Below, one piece after another: positions 56,588-64,000 of a stretch of 64,000 nucleotides of DNA (positions are counted from its first letter, which is position 1; each line of letters opens with the position of its first letter). The translations under genes were made by a program, and so were the position numbers. The stretch is from a bacterium. GTDB taxonomy: Bacteria > Patescibacteriota > Minisyncoccia > UBA6257 > GWB1-50-10. Location of the stretch: contig NZBZ01000020.1 of NCBI GenBank assembly GCA_002686365.1, positions 55,484-119,483 on the forward strand. Reading direction: 5' to 3'. Below the pieces are notes generated by a model. That model searched no databases, was not told the origin of the DNA, and was given only the letters and a program-made list of their open reading frames with translations.

Positions 56588-57442
56588 TTACACCTCTCGT
56601 ATCTGTTTTCCTTCCACCTGGATTTTTTTCAAAACCAATTTTCCGTCCCGCACCTCACTTTTCAAAATCTTCACACGTTTATTCTTTGGCAAATTTAAAA
56701 GAGAAGAATCGTCTGTTTGAGTCCACGTGCCCGGCTCAGGATTCAAGGCTCTTATCATTCGGTCAATTTGTTCTGCTTTTTCTTTATCTCCATCCAGGGC
56801 AGCGCGTAAGTCATTACAAGGAATCTCTGCATCTGCCGAAGAGAACTTTTTTGTGAGAGTTGCATTTTTATGTTTCTGCTCTTTTGGTGTAATTTTTCCT
56901 TCCATAAATTTCGGCAATGTTTCAATAAGCATGTCCGCGCCAAGTTCGGCCAATTTATCACTAAGACTTGTGTACGTTTCATTAGAAATTAGAAATTGGA
57001 AATTGGAAATTTTGAGTATTGGCCCATGATCCATCTTCTCATCCATAAGCATAAGTGAAACTCCGGTCTTGTCGCCTCCATCCAGAATTGCGCTCTGAAT
57101 CGGCGTTGGCCCGCGATGCTTTGGCAAGAGGGAGGGATGGACATTTACTGAGCCCAAACGTGAAACATCCAAAACTTCCTTTGAAATCAGCTTTCCATAT
57201 GCTGCAACAACGAAAAAGTCATACTCCGCGTCAAAAAGAGAAGCATCAAGATCTTCGGGCTGAATGAGGGGTATGCCAAGTCGCGCTGCAGTATTTTTTA
57301 CAGGAGGAGCTGTCATAGTCTGCTTTCTCCCAGCCGGCTTATCAGGATTGGTAACCACAAGATCCGGCTTCATGTTGGCCTGAATCAGTTTATCAAGAAT
57401 AGTCGCGGCAAAGTCCGGTGTTCCGAAAAAAATGTATTTCAT
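56588..57442 (-). CDS. fmt: methionyl-tRNA formyltransferase
   Basis: MKYIFFGTPDFAATILDKL...; formyl-transferase N domain. Confidence 0.88.
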   Translation of the reverse strand: MKYIFFGTPDFAATILDKLIQANMKPDLVVTNPDKPAGRKQTMTAPPVKNTAARLGIPLIQPEDLDASLFDAEYDFFVVAAYGKLISKEVLDVSRLGSVNVHPSLLPKHRGPTPIQSAILDGGDKTGVSLMLMDEKMDHGPILKISNFQFLISNETYTSLSDKLAELGADMLIETLPKFMEGKITPKEQKHKNATLTKKFSSADAEIPCNDLRAALDGDKEKAEQIDRMIRALNPEPGTWTQTDDSSLLNLPKNKRVKILKSEVRDGKLVLKKIQVEGKQIREV

Positions 57443-57444
57443 AA

Positions 57445-57957
57445 TTACACAACAGGAGAATCCTTAGAAGGCTCCTCTTCTTTATGAAGATTTTTTGCTT
57501 TATCAATAAATAGCTCTCCATTAAGATGATCAATTTCATGCTGAAACACACGGGCAAGAAGTCCCCACGCCTTAATCTTCAATTTCTTTCCATAAGGGGA
57601 AAGGCCGGAAAGGGTAATATTTCGAGGGCGTAAAACATCTCCAAACCACTTAGGAATGCTAAGACATCCTTCTGTTAGGGACGACTTCTCCTCGGACGTT
57701 TTTACAATCTTCGGATTTATCACAGTGTAAAACTTCTTCTGCCCCTCCTTATTCGGAACTTCCGCAATAAAAAGCCGTTTAGAAACTCCAACCTGATTTG
57801 CTGAAAGACCTACGCCATGTACTTTTCGCATAGTTTTTCGCATATCTCGAATAAGCTGCTGAAGTTTTTTGTTGTCTTCCAAATCAAAATCCAGAGGAGA
57901 AACTGCGGTCCGCAAAAACTTATCATCAGACTTTTTCTTATTAGTGATAATTTTCAT
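57445..57957 (-). CDS. def: peptide deformylase
   Basis: GVGLSANQVG, EGCLSIP and HEIDHLNG are the three deformylase motifs. Confidence 0.92.
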   Translation of the reverse strand: MKIITNKKKSDDKFLRTAVSPLDFDLEDNKKLQQLIRDMRKTMRKVHGVGLSANQVGVSKRLFIAEVPNKEGQKKFYTVINPKIVKTSEEKSSLTEGCLSIPKWFGDVLRPRNITLSGLSPYGKKLKIKAWGLLARVFQHEIDHLNGELFIDKAKNLHKEEEPSKDSPVV

Positions 57958-57958
57958 T

Positions 57959-58270
57959 TTATTTCTTAGTAATTTTTCCTTCCTGCTTCTGCTTTTGAAA
58001 CACTCGCATAAAGTACGCCCCCCTATTTTTTATTCCCTGCCGCTCTGAAATGTCTTTTGCAAGGGTCAAAAGTGCCCGAGAATCATACTCTTTGGCAAGT
58101 TTGATGTAAAGCGATATATGGCCTTCATCGCCTAAAATCTTAGCAATTTCAAGCCCAATAAGCTGAAACGACTTATATACTCTGCTCTCTGCTTTGCGTT
58201 CCTTCAGAAGCTCAATATAGTTTTTGTCTTTTGGAACCTTCTTCATGGAAATATGTACGTTTGCTTTCAT
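57959..58270 (-). CDS. hypothetical protein
   Basis: Start placed at MKANVHISMKK...; the track ORF's N-terminal 51 aa overlap the divergent ctpA start. Confidence 0.4.
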   Translation of the reverse strand: MKANVHISMKKVPKDKNYIELLKERKAESRVYKSFQLIGLEIAKILGDEGHISLYIKLAKEYDSRALLTLAKDISERQGIKNRGAYFMRVFQKQKQEGKITKK

Positions 58271-58346
58271 TGTAAAGTGAGATAAGAAGCAAATCAACGA
58301 AAAGCCGCATTGCAAATATTCCTGTATCTGATTTAATGAAAAGAAC

Positions 58347-59675
58347 GTGCGCGAAAAAACTCTACTTAAAGAAACAATGGGAAGTATAAAAAAACACAAA
58401 TGGGGAATAATAAGCTCGCTCATTGTAGCGGCAGCGCTTTTTTATGGAGGGTTTCAGTTAGGAGCAGTTCAGTCTCCTCCTGCTGCGCAGGAGCCTCAAG
58501 TTGAAGTCTCTTCAGACGGCCCGCTGGGAGTAAGCTCCACACTTCTTTGGGACGCAATAGATATTGTTAAGAACAAGTATATTCATATAGATGATGTAAA
58601 AGACGAAGACTTTCTTTATGGAACAATCAGGGGCGCTGTAAATGCATTAGGAGATCCATATACGACATTTCTAAATCCAAGCGATGCAAAAAAATTTGAT
58701 GAGGACATACGGGGAAACTTTGGTGGAATAGGAGCAGAAATCGGAAAACGAGACGGACAGCTTATTGTCGTATCGCCGTTAAAAGATAATCCAGCAGAAC
58801 GTGTTGGATTGAAGGCAGGAGACATTATCGTAAAAGTTGATGATACCCTCATGGCAGACTTCACAGTAGAAGAGGCTGTAAAGATTATTCGAGGGGAGGA
58901 GGGAACAGTAGTAACGCTTCTTATCATGCGAGAGGAATGGAATGAGGCAAAAGAATTTGAGATAACAAGAGCAACAGTCATAATACCTACGCTCGAATGG
59001 GAAATGATTGCCAGCCCCGGACAAGAGGACAAAAATATTGTCTATATCCAGCTTTACACATTCAATGCAAACGCATCCTCACTCTTTCGCGACGCAGTAA
59101 CTGAAGCACTCTTTTCAGGCACAAAAGGAGTTATACTCGATCTGAGAAATAATTCCGGAGGCTTCCTTGATGTTGCGATAAATCTTGCAGGATGGTTTAT
59201 AGACAAGGGCGATACAGTAACTGAAGAAAGATTCCGTTCCGGAGAATCCAGAGCTCTAGTGGCGAGGGGGAATGCAGCCCTTCGTAACTTACCAGTTGTA
59301 GTCTTGGTAAATGGCGGGTCTGCCTCAGCATCAGAGATTCTCGCAGGAGCTTTGCGCGATCTTCGGGGAGCAAAACTTGTAGGAGAAAAAACATTTGGGA
59401 AGGGATCTGTGCAGGAGCTGGAAACGCTAAAAGACGGATCCACGCTGAAAATCTCGACAGCTGAATGGCTTACACCAGCAGGGCATTCTATAGATAAAGA
59501 AGGGCTGGAGCCGGATATAGAAGTAGCGCTTGAGGAGCCCGCAGAGGGAGAAGAGTTTGAAGATGCGCAGTTAAAGAAAGCGATTGAGGTAATTACGCCA
59601 ATGTTAGGACAGGCAGCGCCGCCGCCGCTTGTTATTGAATACGTTGATCTGCGAAGCGCAACCTCATCAGAGTAA
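58347..59675 (+). CDS. carboxy-terminal processing protease (S41 peptidase with PDZ domain)
   Basis: GIGAEIGKRDGQLIVVSPLKDNPAERVGLKAGDIIVKVDD (PDZ) and VVVLVNGGSASASEILAGAL (S41). The true start may be the ATG at 58377. Confidence 0.85.
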   Translation: MREKTLLKETMGSIKKHKWGIISSLIVAAALFYGGFQLGAVQSPPAAQEPQVEVSSDGPLGVSSTLLWDAIDIVKNKYIHIDDVKDEDFLYGTIRGAVNALGDPYTTFLNPSDAKKFDEDIRGNFGGIGAEIGKRDGQLIVVSPLKDNPAERVGLKAGDIIVKVDDTLMADFTVEEAVKIIRGEEGTVVTLLIMREEWNEAKEFEITRATVIIPTLEWEMIASPGQEDKNIVYIQLYTFNANASSLFRDAVTEALFSGTKGVILDLRNNSGGFLDVAINLAGWFIDKGDTVTEERFRSGESRALVARGNAALRNLPVVVLVNGGSASASEILAGALRDLRGAKLVGEKTFGKGSVQELETLKDGSTLKISTAEWLTPAGHSIDKEGLEPDIEVALEEPAEGEEFEDAQLKKAIEVITPMLGQAAPPPLVIEYVDLRSATSSE

Positions 59676-59679
59676 TGAA

Positions 59680-59776
59680 TCCCTCACATAACATACAATG
59701 GAAGTTACACACATATTGTCGAGAGCTTTATAATATCGAGCGCACAATTTTAGGTGCGTAGGGTTTATGTGAGGGA
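59680..59776. repeat. 95-bp element: inverted repeats TCCCTCACATAAC / GTTTATGTGAGGGA around a TATAAT-containing core (copy 2); the right arm supplies the RBS of rplI
   Basis: Same arms and spacing as 16299-16395; the core holds TTTATAAT. Confidence 0.5.
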
Positions 59777-60216
59777 TGAAAGTAATACTACTACAAGACG
59801 TAAAGGGCACAGGAAAGGCGCGTGATATAAAAGACGTATCTGACGGGCATGCCCGCAACTTTTTGATTCCAAGGGGTCTTGCAGAAGCTGCAACAAAAGA
59901 AAAAAGAGTAAAAGCAGAAGAAGAAAAAGAAGCAGAAGAAAAAGCACTCAAGAAGAGTACTGAAGAGAAGCATGGAAAGGTAAAGGAAATTGAAAAAGAA
60001 AATCTGGAATTTTTATTAAAGGCTGAAGAGGGCGGGGAGCCGTTCGGATCAGTAACATCACATGACATAGAGACTGCGCTTGAGAAAAAAGGATATGAGG
60101 GAGTAAAAATAAAACAAGAGAAGCCGATTAAGACATTTGGAAAGCATGAAATCGAATTTAATATGGGCAGTGGAGTAAAAGGAAGGCTGAAGATCGAAGT
60201 GAAGGCTGAAGAATAA
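59776..60216 (+). CDS. rplI: 50S ribosomal protein L9
   Basis: [36 protein letters not shown]. Confidence 0.92.
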   Translation: MKVILLQDVKGTGKARDIKDVSDGHARNFLIPRGLAEAATKEKRVKAEEEKEAEEKALKKSTEEKHGKVKEIEKENLEFLLKAEEGGEPFGSVTSHDIETALEKKGYEGVKIKQEKPIKTFGKHEIEFNMGSGVKGRLKIEVKAEE

Positions 60217-60255
60217 ACCCCTCACTCTTGCGCGGCAAGGGTAAGGGACAAGCAA

Positions 60256-60283
60256 TAAAGTCCCGTTAGCGGGACTTTATTGT
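60256..60283. terminator. bidirectional terminator between rplI and rpmA
   Basis: AAAGTCCCG-ttag-CGGGACTTTATTG. Confidence 0.7.
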
Positions 60284-60544
60284 TACAAACTTTTTAGATG
60301 CTCGAGATCCGTCAAATCGGGCCTTCCGTCTAGTCTGGAATTGAACAGTACCATCCTTTAGGGCGTAAAGAGTATCGTCTGATCCTCGTTTAACATTTTC
60401 ACCTGCATGGAATTTTGTGCCGCGCTGACGAATAATAATCTCACCAGCCCGAACCTTCTGCCCTCCAAACAGCTTTACTCCAAGCCGTTTTGATTCAGAG
60501 TCTCGTCCGAGTTTTGTAGATCCTTTTGCTTTTGTATGCGCCAT
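60266..60544 (-). CDS. rpmA: 50S ribosomal protein L27
   Basis: [31 protein letters not shown]. Confidence 0.92.
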   Translation of the reverse strand: MAHTKAKGSTKLGRDSESKRLGVKLFGGQKVRAGEIIIRQRGTKFHAGENVKRGSDDTLYALKDGTVQFQTRRKARFDGSRASKKFVTIKSR

Positions 60545-60589
60545 AATTCTACGAATTTTGGAGAGGGGCGATCAAAATTCGTTAAGAAT

Positions 60590-60694
60590 TATGAGCGTCC
60601 CGATGCAATGTGGAGCATTGCAGAGGGACTTTCGAACGCACTCTCCAAAACTATGAGCACCCTGATGTAATGCAACGCATTACAGAAGGGATGC
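60590..60694. repeat. two tandem copies of an about 43-nt hairpin-containing motif (TATGAGCRYCCYGATGYAATG...CATTRCAGARGGA) upstream of rpmA
   Basis: Copy 1 at 60590-60632 with hairpin GCAATGtggagCATTGC; copy 2 at 60652-60694 with GTAATGcaacGCATTAC. Confidence 0.6.
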
Positions 60695-60802
60695 AGTTTG
60701 TATTTTTAAGCTTTTAAATTCTACCAGAATCGAAACATCTGTCAACAAGCTGTTACTCGCTTCCCATTACTCGTTATTTTGTAACCTGATATAATATAGA
60801 AC

Positions 60803-61399
60803 ATGATGAGTGAACAGACAAAAATAGCAATATTTTCAGGAATTATTATTGGAATAATAATAACTGTAGGCGTGATAGCAGTGATAAATAGAGAAGAGAT
60901 TTTTCCAACTGAAAATCAGGAACAGGAAGAGGCGTCAGAGCAGATAGTAGAAGACCCCAATGCACTCCCCACAGTAGATGGAGGAACACGTGAGCGCATA
61001 CAGGAAATTATTGAAACTCCAGAACCGGGAAGTACAGCAGAAGAAGACATAGCAATTCCTCGATACGCAGCGCCAGCCGGCAAAAAAGGAGAATCAGCGC
61101 TTCGAACATTTGATATTAAGGTAGAGTCGAATGCATTTATTCCCTCTACAATAGTCGTAGATGAGAAGGATTTAGTAAAACTGGAGATAACTGCACAAGA
61201 CGCTGATTATGACATCTTCTTTCCCGATCTTGGAGTCTTCAAGGAGCTCCCGCAGGGGAAACTTGTAAAACTTCAAATTCAGGCCTATCCATTTGGAAAG
61301 TATCAGTTTTTCTGTAAGAACGCATGTGATGAGGAGGTGAAGGGAACTCTGATAGCTAATGAAATAGAAGTAGGAGAAACAGACACAGTATTAGAATAA
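60803..61399 (+). CDS. membrane-anchored cupredoxin-like domain protein (metal ligands incomplete)
   Basis: N-terminal TM helix, acidic linker, then ...FIPSTIVVDEKDLVKLEITAQDADYDIFFPDLG...YQFFCKNACDE, a cupredoxin-like beta-sandwich pattern. Confidence 0.45.
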   Translation: MMSEQTKIAIFSGIIIGIIITVGVIAVINREEIFPTENQEQEEASEQIVEDPNALPTVDGGTRERIQEIIETPEPGSTAEEDIAIPRYAAPAGKKGESALRTFDIKVESNAFIPSTIVVDEKDLVKLEITAQDADYDIFFPDLGVFKELPQGKLVKLQIQAYPFGKYQFFCKNACDEEVKGTLIANEIEVGETDTVLE

Positions 61400-61406
61400 C
61401 GAAAAC

Positions 61407-61574
61407 GTGATTCGCGCATTTTTTAACTGGATAAAAGAACGCAAAGAGTGGGTTCTTTTTTTTACAATATTTGGGCTCCTCCTTCTTTTAAGTTTTAGCG
61501 CCGGCTTTCTGATTGGCAAACAGGAGCTCTCTCCGATTATTATTGAAAAGAATTCAAGCAGTACCACGCCCTAG
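61407..61574 (+). CDS. possible 55-aa small membrane protein (GTG start)
   Basis: VIRAFFNWIKERKEWVLFFTIFGLLLLLSFSAGFLIGKQ...; below the 60-aa track cut-off. Confidence 0.25.
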   Translation: MIRAFFNWIKERKEWVLFFTIFGLLLLLSFSAGFLIGKQELSPIIIEKNSSSTTP

Positions 61575-61620
61575 ATTATTTCAAATACATTATTCTAAAG
61601 ATGTTTGCTATAATGAACAC

Positions 61621-62163
61621 ATGACACCGCGTCAAAAAATTACGCTTATTGTTTCAGTGGTTGTTGTTCTTGCGCTTGTAATCGTAGGCAGTCTCGCAAG
61701 AAGAGGTGAAGAAGCAGAACCAGAGCCGGAAATAGGAAATGGAACAGAAAAAGTAGTACTGCAGGATGAAAAGAACATTGACGCGCCTGAAGTAATAGAA
61801 AAAGAAAAAATATTTACTCCAGAAATACCTAAATTCGTTACGCCAACTAAACCAAAAAAAGAATCTCCTGCAAATGAAAAAATGGGAATCAGTTTCGGGT
61901 TATATGAAATTAAAGTAGATAAAAATGGATTTACGCCCAACAGCATCGCTGTAAATAAAGGAGACATTATAGATCTGAAAATTCAGGCAGTTGATGATGA
62001 CTATGATTTTGTAATTCTATATTACGGAGCATATATCTTGATAGAGAAGGGGACCACTGGGACATTAAGCTTTGGAGCAACTGATACAGGAACAATTATG
62101 TTCACATGCCGCGATCTGTGCCCGAACGAGGGAAAGAAAGGAGAGTTTATCGTTATTCCATAA
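61621..62163 (+). CDS. membrane-anchored cupredoxin-like domain protein, paralogue of 60803-61399
   Basis: Start set at MTPRQKITLIV (TATAAT at 61607-61612, 8 nt upstream). C-terminal ...IAVNKGDIIDLKIQAVDDDYDFVI...IMFTCRDLCPNEG is paralogous to the upstream gene. Confidence 0.45.
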   Translation: MTPRQKITLIVSVVVVLALVIVGSLARRGEEAEPEPEIGNGTEKVVLQDEKNIDAPEVIEKEKIFTPEIPKFVTPTKPKKESPANEKMGISFGLYEIKVDKNGFTPNSIAVNKGDIIDLKIQAVDDDYDFVILYYGAYILIEKGTTGTLSFGATDTGTIMFTCRDLCPNEGKKGEFIVIP

Positions 62164-62265
62164 ATATCAATATGTAGAAATATCGACATATCGAGATATC
62201 AAAATATCAAAATATCAACATATCGAAATATCAATATATCAACATATCGATACATCGAAATATAA
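62164..62265. repeat. ATCTCGAT-type short tandem repeat array (locus 5, opposite orientation: ATATCGARATATC)
   Basis: atatcgacatatcgagatatcaaaatatcaaaatatcaacatatcgaaatatcaatatatcaacatatcgatacatcgaaat. Confidence 0.85.
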
Positions 62266-62267
62266 AA

Positions 62268-62744
62268 ATGGTTTCAATAGAAAAATTCGAAGATTTAATA
62301 TGTTGGAAAAAATCAAGAGAGTTAGCAAATTTCATATATGATATAACGGACAAATCAGAGTGGAAGGATTTCGACTTGAGAAGGCAAATTCGAAGAGCAG
62401 CAACTTCTCCAATGTCAAACATTGCAGAGGGATTCGACAGAGGCACAAGAAACGAGTTTGTTGACGCGCTGTTTATCGCAAAAGGAGAAGCCGGAGAAGT
62501 AAGAAGTCAGCTATATATCGCATATGATAGAAAGTTTATAAACGAAGAAATGTTAAAAAGAGGACAAGGGCTCACCGATGAGTGCTCAAGACTGATTCAA
62601 AGCTTCACTCACAAAGTAAAAGGAGGTTCTAGGAGGGGATTACAGTTCAAGCAAGTAAAGAAGCCAGACCAAATAACAACATTGTTTAAAAAAGAATTTC
62701 CAGATGCCTATAAAGAAATGAACAAAAACAGACAGGATATATAA
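62268..62744 (+). CDS. four-helix-bundle protein (23S rRNA intervening-sequence protein family, TIGR02436/PF05635-like)
   Basis: ICWKKSRELANFIYDIT...LRRQIRRAATSPMSNIAEGFDRGTRNEFVDALFIAKGEAGEVRSQLYIA matches the family consensus (...QIRRAA.SI.SNIAEG..R.....F...L.IA.GS..E...QL). Confidence 0.8.
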   Translation: MVSIEKFEDLICWKKSRELANFIYDITDKSEWKDFDLRRQIRRAATSPMSNIAEGFDRGTRNEFVDALFIAKGEAGEVRSQLYIAYDRKFINEEMLKRGQGLTDECSRLIQSFTHKVKGGSRRGLQFKQVKKPDQITTLFKKEFPDAYKEMNKNRQDI

Positions 62745-62754
62745 TAAAAATAGC

Positions 62755-62825
62755 AAAATATCGATATATCGATATATCGATATATCGACATATGAATATG
62801 TCAAAATATCGAAATATCAACATAT
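62755..62825. repeat. ATCTCGAT-type short tandem repeat array (locus 6)
   Basis: aaaatatcgatatatcgatatatcgatatatcgacatatgaatatgtcaaaatatcgaaatatcaacatat. Confidence 0.85.
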
Positions 62826-62837
62826 AGGCATAGAAAA

Positions 62838-64000
62838 ATGAAACGCAATATACACACAAGAGTACTAATGCTAAGCGCAGCAGCACTTCTTGCTGTAGTT
62901 GGAATACAAGTGCAAGCTGCCTTCCAAGGGCCTCCTGCAGGAATAAATCCTCCAAATGGAGGAGGATTGTTTGGCCTAGATCCAAATAGAAATATAGAAT
63001 TTTTTGATATTCAGACCGAGAGCGCAAACGCAACGCCGGAAACTCAGCGTGCAGATGGCACAAAATGGGGGAGAATCTTCATGATAACCTCCAGCAGTAA
63101 CCCAGGCATAGGATTGAAAAATCTTACATCCGGAAAGAGATACATTTTAAGTGCTGAAAACGACGGCCAACTTGCTATCTGGGATGATACTGCAGGAGCA
63201 ATTAGGCTGCATATTGAAAGCAACGGCAACATAGGAATCGGGAGTACGAATACTGCGATAGATGTACTGCATGTTTTTGGAAATGCCAAGGCAGAAGAAT
63301 TTAGAGGAAGAATCTCCGCAGGATATGTAACTGGCGGCGTCGTATTCGGCTCCCTTACTACGCAAGTATCAGCCTATGCGTTTCCAACTGCAGTAGGAGT
63401 TGGAACAACTTCTGCAGGAGGAATACAGGCAGACGCATTGTATGTTGCCGGCAATGTAGGCATAGGAACAAAAGACCCTCAAGATAAGATTGATATTCGG
63501 GGGGCAGCAGGAGGAGGAATCACAATCGAAGGAACAGCGCCAGGCATCCGTTTTGGCACAGATGCTGCTCTTGGGTATGCAACCCTAGATAATCACTATT
63601 CTACAAATGCAACCCCTGGAGACATAGTACTGCGGGCAGACACTGATGATGATGTAATTTTCACATCAGGATCAAGAGCTGCGCAGCTCATAGTAAAAGG
63701 AGATACAGGAAATATAGGAATTGGCATGGCAAGTCCAGGAGCAAAGCTTGTAGTTCGAGCTAATTCAGGCATAGATGATGGTATTCATGTACAAAATAAT
63801 GGAGGCACAAATGTTGCAACACTGCAGGCAGAAAATATAGATTCAGGATTTTTAAGATTATATGACGGTCCGACACAGAATGTTTTAATGAGTGGAGAAA
63901 CTGGCGGAGTGAGTTTTATAAATTCCGGAAGAGTAGGCATAGGCACTACAGCTCCAGTAACAAAACTTGAGGTTGCAGGAGACATTGTAGGAGACACATT
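62838..64000 (+). CDS. secreted repeat protein with tail-fibre-like G-N-[IV]-G-I-G-[TS] repeats; 5' part, continues beyond the window
   Basis: The ATG at 62838 gives the signal peptide MKRNIHTRVLMLSAAALLAVVGIQVQA. The frame stays open to nt 64000, with repeated ...GNIGIGSTNTAIDVLHV..., ...GNVGIGTKDP..., ...GNIGIGMASPGAKLVV... and ...GRVGIGTTAPVTKLEV... blocks. Absent from the track because no stop is reached. Confidence 0.55.
   Translation, partial: MKRNIHTRVLMLSAAALLAVVGIQVQAAFQGPPAGINPPNGGGLFGLDPNRNIEFFDIQTESANATPETQRADGTKWGRIFMITSSSNPGIGLKNLTSGKRYILSAENDGQLAIWDDTAGAIRLHIESNGNIGIGSTNTAIDVLHVFGNAKAEEFRGRISAGYVTGGVVFGSLTTQVSAYAFPTAVGVGTTSAGGIQADALYVAGNVGIGTKDPQDKIDIRGAAGGGITIEGTAPGIRFGTDAALGYATLDNHYSTNATPGDIVLRADTDDDVIFTSGSRAAQLIVKGDTGNIGIGMASPGAKLVVRANSGIDDGIHVQNNGGTNVATLQAENIDSGFLRLYDGPTQNVLMSGETGGVSFINSGRVGIGTTAPVTKLEVAGDIVGDT

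Noticed and set aside
60256-60283. Similarity of AGTCCCGTTAGCGGGACT to the GIY-YIG gene start (ATGAATCCCGTTAGAGAC)
   Set aside because: Here it is a perfect palindromic hairpin acting as the rplI/rpmA bidirectional terminator; the shared CCCGTTAG core is too short to call a third remnant.

Overview
The window reads as a low-GC (about 40%), gene-dense bacterial chromosome segment, almost all on the + strand for the first 37 kb. By inference its overall character (small proteins, split/fused enzymes, FtsEX, def-fmt, L9/L27) fits a reduced-genome bacterium of the CPR/Patescibacteria type. The dominant feature, from about 0.4 to 50.9 kb, is one very large surface-glycan (O-antigen / S-layer-glycan-like) biosynthesis island. 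Its recognisable parts are:
- A carbamoyltransferase module with SxtJ/SxtK-like small membrane partners.
- GDP-mannose 4,6-dehydratase plus a cupin and an SDR (6-deoxyhexose branch).
- A split transketolase pair.
- Three FkbM-family and two class I methyltransferases.
- A GDP-D-glycero-D-manno-heptose branch (HddA kinase plus a GmhB-HddC fusion).
- About 10 GT4/GT2 glycosyltransferases, a DegT aminotransferase, and a PEP-utilising swivel/TIM protein paired with an ATP-grasp protein and a HAD phosphatase.
- AsnB-type amidotransferase, WecB 2-epimerase, a Wzx-type flippase and the initiating polyprenyl-phosphate sugar transferase.

The rest (50.9-64 kb) is housekeeping: thiol-redox genes (DsbA-like, SPW-repeat protein, glutaredoxin-like, TrxB), two tRNAs, an N-terminally truncated RF2 homologue, FtsEX, fmt/def, CtpA, L9, L27, two cupredoxin-like membrane proteins, a four-helix-bundle (23S-IVS-type) protein, and a partial repeat-rich secreted protein.

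Structure not explained by coding genes:
1. A 1.2-kb GC-rich island (41990-43165) between convergent genes, non-coding apart from one doubtful small ORF. It holds three tandem promoter-like plus GC-hairpin units and a 45-bp duplication of the adjacent GT4 gene's 3' end.
2. A dispersed family of short tandem ATCTCGAT-type repeats filling six intergenic spacers.
3. Two copies of a 95-bp element bounded by 13-bp inverted repeats (TCCCTCACATAAC) around a TATAAT.
4. A tRNA-Arg gene sitting between the 5' and 3' pieces of a second tRNA-like gene whose acceptor arms are perfectly complementary.
5. A GC-rich, oppositely oriented gene (12956-13732) and other compositional mosaics.

No CRISPR array, rRNA, integrase or transposase was seen.
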